This document shows positions 34,303-40,485 of a stretch of DNA of 40,485 nt, piece after piece. Position 1 is the first letter of the stretch. Each line of letters starts with the position of its first letter. Location: IMG/VR virus record IMGVR_UViG_3300046779_001371, positions 1 through 40,485 of that record; one strand, given 5' to 3'. The translations under genes were made by a program, and so were the position numbers. Source of the stretch: a virus (Duplodnaviria > Caudoviricetes). Under the pieces are notes generated by a model. That model saw only the letters and a program-made list of their open reading frames with translations, made no database searches and was not told where the DNA came from.

Positions 34303-34752
34303 ATGGGATACACACACTATTTTTCAAAGGTTGCAAACTCACGCGATGACGCACTGAGATTCGAAATGTTTTCAATTGGCGTGGCCCGCATTATCAAATA
34401 CGCGGCAGAGTTCGACGGGATCGAAATTGCGGACGGGCTTGGCGAAGAGCTAGGCAAGTGGGAAGCAGATACCGAAATTGTTCGCTTCAATGGTTACGGC
34501 GAGGATTCTCACGAAACTTTTCTTTTCTCAATCGACGGCGCGGATTCGTTCAACTTCTGCAAGACGGCACGCAAGCCTTACGACGCTGTGGTCACGGCCT
34601 GCCTGATTCATATGAAGGACATCTACGGTGACCTCGTGAGTATCGGCTCGGATGGTGACTGGTCAGAGTGGCAAGACGGAGCACGCCTCTACCGCAACGC
34701 AACGGGCTTGACCGCTGCGAACCCTATGGTGTCTGAGAAGGTATCGGCATGA
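34303..34752 (+). CDS. Conserved phage early hypothetical protein
   Basis: MGYTHYF...FNG...HETF...FNFCKTARKPYDAVVTACL...SDGDW. Confidence 0.75.
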   Translation: MGYTHYFSKVANSRDDALRFEMFSIGVARIIKYAAEFDGIEIADGLGEELGKWEADTEIVRFNGYGEDSHETFLFSIDGADSFNFCKTARKPYDAVVTACLIHMKDIYGDLVSIGSDGDWSEWQDGARLYRNATGLTAANPMVSEKVSA

Positions 34753-35012
34753 CTAGAAAGGGCGGTGCGAACGGCGAGGTTATGGACGCCACCTACACAG
34801 TGACACGGGTAGCGGTGCTACCTAACTGCGACTTCTGCGCACGGTTCAACATTGAAGAGACGGCACGCTATGACGCTGTGACTTCATACGGCCCGTGGGC
34901 CAATATGTGCCAGACCTGTTTTGAGATGCATGGCACGGGAAGGCTTGGACTTGGCAAGGGCCAACGGCTCGAGCTGGAAGATGAGCTGCACGATCACATC
35001 GGTCACGCGTAG
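34749..35012 (+). CDS. Zinc-binding hypothetical protein
   Basis: CDFC...YDAVT..GPWANMCQTCF..HG.G.LG.GKGQ. Confidence 0.7.
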   Translation: MTRKGGANGEVMDATYTVTRVAVLPNCDFCARFNIEETARYDAVTSYGPWANMCQTCFEMHGTGRLGLGKGQRLELEDELHDHIGHA

Positions 35013-35031
35013 CGGGTAAAAATTTGGATCC

Positions 35032-35069
35032 AGCAAGGGCCTCACGGATAACCGTGGGGCTTTTGCTTT
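35032..35069 (+). terminator. Intrinsic terminator
   Basis: AGCAAGGGCCTCACGG-ATAA-CCGTGGGGCTTTTGCT-TT. Confidence 0.75.
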
Positions 35070-35080
35070 ACCCTAGATGC

Positions 35081-35248
35081 GTGGGTAAAAAAGAACGGGA
35101 TGCGCTGAAGCGACTTATCAAAGGCATCCCAGGTATGTATGTGCAGAACCAGAAAGCACAGGTCTTCGAGGATAAGCGCACTCGAAGAAATCGCTCACGC
35201 CCAAATAAAAAACGAAACGCAATACAAGATGGGCTTGACACTGACTAA
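35081..35248 (+). CDS. Small basic protein
   Basis: TACCCT -10 six nt before GTG; AQVFEDKRTRRNRSR. Confidence 0.55.
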   Translation: MGKKERDALKRLIKGIPGMYVQNQKAQVFEDKRTRRNRSRPNKKRNAIQDGLDTD

Positions 35249-35264
35249 AAAAGTATGATAGTTT
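35235..35264 (+). promoter_or_regulatory. SigmaA-like promoter
   Basis: TTGACA-N18-TAGTTT with extended TG. Confidence 0.6.
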
Positions 35265-35301
35265 TTCATCACCATCAGCAATAACGACGAAAGGATTTCA
35301 G

Positions 35302-35508
35302 ATGGCTAAGCAAGTTTATTTTGTAATCGCTGTTGATTTAGATAAGGGCGTGCCATTTATAGATGACACAGTTCTTACAGCAAGATTTGCCAGTGATGAG
35401 CAAGTCTGGGACACAGACACCGAACAGTGGGAGTCTGATGATGAGGACTCAACTTTGTATCTCAAAGCGTTAGAGATTCTCAATACAGTTCCACTAGGCA
35501 AGGAGTAG
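35302..35508 (+). CDS. Acidic hypothetical protein
   Basis: GACGAAAGGA RBS. Confidence 0.7.
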   Translation: MAKQVYFVIAVDLDKGVPFIDDTVLTARFASDEQVWDTDTEQWESDDEDSTLYLKALEILNTVPLGKE

Positions 35509-35511
35509 GAG

Positions 35512-35667
35512 ATGCCTAAGTTCATTGTTAGAGCAACCCTCACTAAAGATTATGAAATCGAAGTTGAGGCTGAAGACGAGATGAAAGCGATCGAATCTCT
35601 AGACGATTGGATTGCCGACGACTTCGAGGATTATGAAGTTGGCGCTCGCTGGGATTTTGAGGCTTGA
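35512..35667 (+). CDS. Small acidic protein, 51 aa (not in ORF track)
   Basis: AAGGAG RBS; MPKFIVRATLTKDYEIEVEAEDEMKAIE... Confidence 0.65.
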   Translation: MPKFIVRATLTKDYEIEVEAEDEMKAIESLDDWIADDFEDYEVGARWDFEA

Positions 35668-35693
35668 CATAAAAGTCATAAAGGTTATACAAT
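35664..35693 (+). promoter_or_regulatory. SigmaA-like promoter
   Basis: TTGACA-N18-TACAAT. Confidence 0.8.
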
Positions 35694-35728
35694 AGTCTTG
35701 CAACACCAAAACGACGAAAGGATACAAA

Positions 35729-36394
35729 ATGCCAAACTGGGTAAGCAACTCACTAACCATCACTGGTAGTGCGGAAGACATTGCAAACATTAGAGAACAA
35801 CTGGCACGACCAAAGCCAGTTCCAGCAAGCGAGGAAGAACCTTACGAACAGCGTGAGATTTCTTTCTGGAACATCAAGCAACCTCCTGCGGAACACTACG
35901 ACGAGTATTGGGGAACGCACGGCTTCTCTGGTGGCGTAGCCACAGGGCAGACAACCTACAACTGGTATAACTTCAACAACCGAGAGTGGGGGACGAAGTG
36001 GGATGCCTGTGATGTTTATTTTGAACAGCGTGGGGACAACGAACTGTCTTACAGTTTCAACACAGCGTGGTCGCCTCCAATCTTGTTCGGCACGCTCTCG
36101 GAGCAGTATCCAAATGCCATCATCACTTTGCGGTATTGCGAAGAGCAAGGTTGGGGCGGAGAACTCAAATACGAGAATGGCGAGGAAGAGGAAGTCGAGT
36201 CTTGGGACATTCCAGAGAGCCACGCCGAATGGGTGGCATTGGAAGACGAGTGCCGTTCTTGCTCTTGGGGTAGCGAAGACCCTGAGGACTGGTATGACGA
36301 CTGCCCAGACAAAGCGGAGAAGATGAAAGAACTGCTGGAGGAAACTCAGCAGGCGGTCGATAAGTTCGAGGACATCTCAGAACTCACAGTGTGA
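35729..36394 (+). CDS. DUF1281/YubB-like ferredoxin-fold protein
   Basis: MPNWVSNSL, NWYNFN..EWGTKWD, FNTAWSPP. Confidence 0.8.
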   Translation: MPNWVSNSLTITGSAEDIANIREQLARPKPVPASEEEPYEQREISFWNIKQPPAEHYDEYWGTHGFSGGVATGQTTYNWYNFNNREWGTKWDACDVYFEQRGDNELSYSFNTAWSPPILFGTLSEQYPNAIITLRYCEEQGWGGELKYENGEEEEVESWDIPESHAEWVALEDECRSCSWGSEDPEDWYDDCPDKAEKMKELLEETQQAVDKFEDISELTV

Positions 36395-36478
36395 GGCTCG
36401 GCGTGGGGTGGGGGTAAAAAGCCCTCACCCTTACGCACGGCTTGTATGATTGACAACGGAACGAAGGAGAAGATTCAA

Positions 36479-36829
36479 ATGGGTAAAAAAGTTGAGATTC
36501 CAGAAGAGCTTGGCGTGCCAAGCATCGAGATCATTGAACCGCAAGAGGTAAAAAGATCGCTAGGTTATTTCGCTGCCGATGGTAACTACGGTGATGCTTC
36601 TGGGCTGCTGGTGCTTGAAACAAGTTACTGGCGTGAGATTGACTGGGAAATCTTGGAGTCAGCATCTGATTCACAGCGTGCAAATGTTGCTCGACTCATC
36701 ACAGAGTCTTACGAAAAGCCTGAAGACCTCGCTGCGCTCTACACAAAGTTTGAGCAGTATGGCATTGACCTAGATGACTTTATGCCTCGTGAGCCCCTCC
36801 AGCTTGACAATGATCAGGCCATAGGGTAA
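36479..36829 (+). CDS. Acidic hypothetical protein
   Basis: GAAGGAG RBS; YFAADGNYGDA. Confidence 0.65.
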   Translation: MGKKVEIPEELGVPSIEIIEPQEVKRSLGYFAADGNYGDASGLLVLETSYWREIDWEILESASDSQRANVARLITESYEKPEDLAALYTKFEQYGIDLDDFMPREPLQLDNDQAIG

Positions 36830-37020
36830 AAATAGATGTGCGCGGGTTTCTTCGTCGTTATCCTGCGCCAGACCTGAACAAGTCCTAAAACTGTTCATCT
36901 CTTTTCTCAAAGAGTTCAGCCCCCTCCGACTTGCCCCCAAGTTGTCGAGGGGGTTGTTCTTTGTCAGAGGCGTCCCCCAAAATGGGGACAAGAAACTTTC
37001 AAAAATTATTTGGTTCTAAC

Positions 37021-37050
37021 TTGACAAGTGCAGGAAAGTCGTGCAATACT
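37021..37050 (+). promoter_or_regulatory. SigmaA-like promoter
   Basis: TTGACA-N18-AATACT with extended TG; upstream A/T tract. Confidence 0.6.
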
Positions 37051-37094
37051 TTTCTCAATGCGAAAGCAGAAAACAAAATGACGAAAGGATACCC

Positions 37095-37550
37095 ATGTTA
37101 GATAACACGAAAGATGTTCAAGGCGTTGCTGTTTATGCCGAGTTCCGTAAGCCAGGAGCGACCATGCAGATTATGGTCACACCAGATGGCTACACCACAG
37201 ATGGTAAGGAAGTAAAGGCAAATCTGTATCGCCGAGTTGTGACTCCAACTTCTCCAAAGAAACAATGGCGCAACTCATCTATCAGCAAGAACGCGATCGC
37301 GTCACTAGAGGGCGCACCACTTCTTGATGAAAACAAAGAGGCGTTTGTTTCAGAGCGTCTGTCTTTCTCAACTGATTTGTTTGATGCCATCAACAATGGT
37401 GGCTGGCAGATTGTCAAAGAGCCTTTCTTGGTTGAAGTATCAAAGAAAGACTTGGAAGATGTAATGACAGGAAAGACTCCTAACAAGATGCTGTATCGCA
37501 TCAACCTCACAAGAAACTCACTTGGCTTTCCTGCCGAGTTGATTGCATAA
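37095..37550 (+). CDS. Hypothetical protein
   Basis: GACGAAAGGA RBS, start MLDNTK. Confidence 0.7.
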   Translation: MLDNTKDVQGVAVYAEFRKPGATMQIMVTPDGYTTDGKEVKANLYRRVVTPTSPKKQWRNSSISKNAIASLEGAPLLDENKEAFVSERLSFSTDLFDAINNGGWQIVKEPFLVEVSKKDLEDVMTGKTPNKMLYRINLTRNSLGFPAELIA

Positions 37551-37567
37551 AGGACAAAGGGATAAAA

Positions 37568-38608
37568 ATGGAAAAGACACTAAACGAGCGTTACTCATCA
37601 TTAGGTGGCGACAAGACCCTGTGGGGTTTGATTTCAGAAGTTGTATCTCAAAGCGTTAGCGAGAGTGCAACAACTTCACTAAGTGCATCAGTTACACCAA
37701 CAGGTCGTTATGTTGCTCGCGCATCAGGTGATGAACGCGCACCTCGCAAGTCAAAGCAGGTTATTACTGTGGATAGCATGGAGGGCGAAGAAGCCTATGT
37801 TCGACCAAATGGCGAAAAGTATTTTGGTCGCATGTGGGGTGGTCACTCAGATGTGATGGCACTTCGCAAAGCACGCGAAATGACTGCAAAGACTTTTTCA
37901 GGTGAGGGTGGTTCTGCCATGTTCTCACTTATCTATGGCGCACCGGGTTGCGGAAAGACCGCGATGGTTGAAGCAGCGTTTGGTGACGAAGTTGTTACCT
38001 TGATGGGAACTGGCGACACCGAAGTTGCAGACATGATTGGTGGCTATGTGCAGACACCATCAGGTGGTTTCGATTGGGTAGATGGTGGATTGGTAGATGC
38101 CGCGATCAATGGAAAAGTTTATTTCATTGACGAGATTGGTTTGATTGACCCTAAGGTTCTTTCACTTGCTTATGGCTTGATGGACGGACGCCGAGAGTTA
38201 GTCATTACTGCAAATCCAGAGCGCGGAACTATCAAGGCGCACCCGAACTTTTATGTAGTTGCCGCGACTAACCCAAATGCACCGGGAGTGCGTTTGTCAG
38301 AGGCGTTGCTATCTCGCTTTACTGTGCAGGTAGAAATGACTACTGATTGGGGCTTGGCAAAAAAGCTCGGAGTTCCTGCACCATTGGTGACAGCATCACA
38401 GAACCTTGCGAAGAAGCAAGTGTCTAACGAAGTTTCATGGTCGCCACAGATGCGCGAACTAATTGCGTTCCGTGACATAGCAACAACTTTCGGAAATGCG
38501 TTCGCGCTATCAAATCTCCTAGCGAGCGCACCAGAAATTGACCGACCAGTTGTATCAGATGTCCTCACTCGCGCTTATGGCGAGGAGTGCAAGCCAGCCA
38601 AAATCTAA
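37568..38608 (+). CDS. MoxR/CbbQ-type AAA+ ATPase
   Basis: Walker A GAPGCGKT, WVDG, Walker B FIDEI, AATNP, EALLSRF, sensor II QMRE. Confidence 0.92.
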   Translation: MEKTLNERYSSLGGDKTLWGLISEVVSQSVSESATTSLSASVTPTGRYVARASGDERAPRKSKQVITVDSMEGEEAYVRPNGEKYFGRMWGGHSDVMALRKAREMTAKTFSGEGGSAMFSLIYGAPGCGKTAMVEAAFGDEVVTLMGTGDTEVADMIGGYVQTPSGGFDWVDGGLVDAAINGKVYFIDEIGLIDPKVLSLAYGLMDGRRELVITANPERGTIKAHPNFYVVAATNPNAPGVRLSEALLSRFTVQVEMTTDWGLAKKLGVPAPLVTASQNLAKKQVSNEVSWSPQMRELIAFRDIATTFGNAFALSNLLASAPEIDRPVVSDVLTRAYGEECKPAKI

Positions 38609-38667
38609 TCCCTGTTCTGGCTGGGGTCAGGGAGGGGGAGGCATGGGTATCGCCTCCCCCAACCTCC

Positions 38668-38697
38668 TTGACAAATCAGGGAAAGCAATAATAGAAT
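38668..38697 (+). promoter_or_regulatory. SigmaA-like promoter
   Basis: TTGACA-N18-TAGAAT, preceded by GC hairpin at ~38629-38667. Confidence 0.75.
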
Positions 38698-38735
38698 TGA
38701 CATGTCGAGGACAACGACAGAAATGGAAATGATAA

Positions 38736-40485
38736 ATGGGACACATAAAGATTTCTGCAACTAGAGCAGAGAACACTCCTGCCGAGTGGCTGGGAGTTGG
38801 AAAGACGATTGGCGAACTTGTAAATGTTTGGTCAGAGCGTCACGACATAATCGCGTATGTAGGTGAGGGTGCAGGTGGCCCGGCACCAGCATGCTACAAC
38901 CCTGCGCTCGCCGAAGTTGAAGTCAATACAGCAGTAGCGTTTGGCAAAGCAACAACACCAGAAATGGTTGGCGACCTATCACAGCGTTCTCAGCAATACG
39001 AGTTCCCTAAGGCGACAGGTGCGATTATGCACGAAGCCTTTCACGCAAAGTTTTCTATCTTCGACATGGAGTCTGCATACAAGACTCTAGCGAAAGATGA
39101 ATACGAAGCCTTGATGTTGCTAGAGGAGGGTCGTATCGAAACACAGGGCGTATGGCTCAACCCACTTTCAAAAAACTTCTTGCGTTCTTGCGCGATCGAA
39201 ATTGTTCTTGCAGATGCGAAAGAGTCTTTCGGCGAAAGCACCTCCACAGTTGCGTCAAGCGCACAGGGAGTTGGACTTATCTATGCTCGCGTAGATGCTG
39301 GCATTTTAGATGCGACAGATGTCAAGGGCATTACAGATGTTATTGACAAGCACTTAGGTGAAGAACTTGTTAGCAAGTTGCGCGGGATTTCAAAAACTTT
39401 CCGCGAGAGCATCATCAGTTATCAGAAAGAAGCAGAGAGCGTTTTGTATCCACTTGCAAAAGAGTGGGCAAAACTTATTCGTGATGCGAAAGAAGAAAAG
39501 GGCGAACAAGACAGCGCGAGTGCATCAGAGATGATGCAAGCCTTGATGGACGCACTTGAAGAAGCATCAGAGAACACAGCGATTTCAGTTGGTGATGCAC
39601 TTGCCGAACAAGAGTTGGACGAAGCCAACAAAGAGATGGCAAAGCAAAAGTCCAATAAGGCACAAGAGCAAAACGCAAATAAAGAAACTGCGTCAAAGGT
39701 TTTTGCAAAGAGTTCAGGTGAGGGTGGTGGAGGCACTAACTCTCGCTTGATTGAGAAGCGCAACCCAACTAGCAAGGAAAGAGTTGCCGCTGTTCAGATT
39801 GCAAAGATGTTGGAAAGAGCGAAATACCGCGAGCGCGACCTCACCGAAGTTTCAAGTGTGACGCCTCCCGGAAGATTACGCACTCGACAGATTATTCAGG
39901 GCAAGGCACTAAAAGAGCGCGGAGTCACTAAGCCAGTTGAAGCATGGCGTCGTAATGTTCGTAAGCACACCGACGACCCAACACTCACAGTTGGCGTGAT
40001 GGTAGATGTTTCAGGTTCTATGGGCGACGCTATGCAACCTATGGCGACAACTGCATGGGTAATGTCAGAGGCGGTTCGCCGAGTGCAGGGCAAGACCGCG
40101 ATGGTTTATTTCGGTCAAGATGTTTTCCCAACTCTAAAGGCTGGACAGCACTTGTCAGAGGTGCAGGTTTATACGGCACAAGACAGCACGGAGGAGTTCG
40201 ACAAGGCGTTCCGCGCACTTGATGGCGCACTCAACTTGCTAAACGGCAGAGGCGCACGACTCCTTGTCGTTGTGTCAGATGGACATTACCGAAGTGACCA
40301 GCGAGAGATGGCACGCGATTGGACACGCAAGTGCGGAGAGGCTGGCGTAGCAGTTCTGTGGTTGCCGTTCGATAACGGACACAGCGCGAGCCGTATCCTC
40401 AATGAGCGAGATGGCGTGATAATGTCAGGAGTGCTAGACCCTGTGTCAGCCTCCATTGAGATAGGCAAGGCATCAGAGCGAGTTC
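38736..40485 (+). CDS. vWA-domain protein with N-terminal HExxH metallopeptidase-like domain (MoxR partner; 3' truncated, not in ORF track)
   Basis: Open frame from MGHIKIS...; IMHEAFH, LEEGRIE, MIDAS VMVDVSGSM, LLVVVSDG. Confidence 0.88.
   Translation, partial: MGHIKISATRAENTPAEWLGVGKTIGELVNVWSERHDIIAYVGEGAGGPAPACYNPALAEVEVNTAVAFGKATTPEMVGDLSQRSQQYEFPKATGAIMHEAFHAKFSIFDMESAYKTLAKDEYEALMLLEEGRIETQGVWLNPLSKNFLRSCAIEIVLADAKESFGESTSTVASSAQGVGLIYARVDAGILDATDVKGITDVIDKHLGEELVSKLRGISKTFRESIISYQKEAESVLYPLAKEWAKLIRDAKEEKGEQDSASASEMMQALMDALEEASENTAISVGDALAEQELDEANKEMAKQKSNKAQEQNANKETASKVFAKSSGEGGGGTNSRLIEKRNPTSKERVAAVQIAKMLERAKYRERDLTEVSSVTPPGRLRTRQIIQGKALKERGVTKPVEAWRRNVRKHTDDPTLTVGVMVDVSGSMGDAMQPMATTAWVMSEAVRRVQGKTAMVYFGQDVFPTLKAGQHLSEVQVYTAQDSTEEFDKAFRALDGALNLLNGRGARLLVVVSDGHYRSDQREMARDWTRKCGEAGVAVLWLPFDNGHSASRILNERDGVIMSGVLDPVSASIEIGKASERV

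Noticed and set aside
74-40468. Numerous short antisense/overlapping ORFs in the supplied track (e.g. 74..358, 5370..5756, 24451..24873, 39422..39775)
   Set aside because: They are shadows of well-supported genes on the opposite strand or in another frame.
37568-40485. Calling the AAA+/vWA pair cobaltochelatase CobS/CobT as part of the B12 module
   Set aside because: MoxR/vWA pairs are widespread in phages without B12 genes, there is no CobN, and the pair sits in the early region far from pduO.
1-40485. Stop-codon reassignment or prophage/integrase signature
   Set aside because: Known genes are intact in the standard code with all three stops used; no suppressor tRNA, integrase or att-flanked host genes in the window.

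Overview
A 40.5-kb segment of a large tailed dsDNA bacteriophage, most likely infecting an Actinobacterium. Host clues are a DUF3039 gene, NrdH, an actinobacterial-type PduO N-terminus and many leaderless TANNNT-N6-ATG promoters. The left ~27 kb is mostly minus-strand accessory and metabolic genes. These include three tRNAs (Gln-UUG, Thr-UGU, fMet), a vitamin-B12 module (transcobalamin-like/DUF4430-type secreted protein, small membrane protein, PduO) that matches a class II AdoCbl-dependent ribonucleotide reductase (NrdJ), two tandem flavin-dependent halogenase homologues, glycan-modifying enzymes, an ABC-ATPase/GNAT fusion, nucleotide enzymes and three peptidoglycan hydrolases. Around 27.9-28.5 kb is an AT-rich non-coding region with six alternately inverted 12-bp iteron-like boxes, a probable origin, where gene orientation switches. 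To the right are small genes, a probable small terminase, and a zone (~31-37 kb) rich in DNA-level signals: strand-polarised ACGG, 13 copies of GGGTAAAAA, AGCT/GATC clusters and tandem repeats. An early-type region follows, with consensus sigmaA promoters, a conserved GACGAAAGGA start motif and a MoxR AAA+/vWA pair truncated by the window end. All assignments come from motif recognition by eye; no database searches were run and motif counts are manual.
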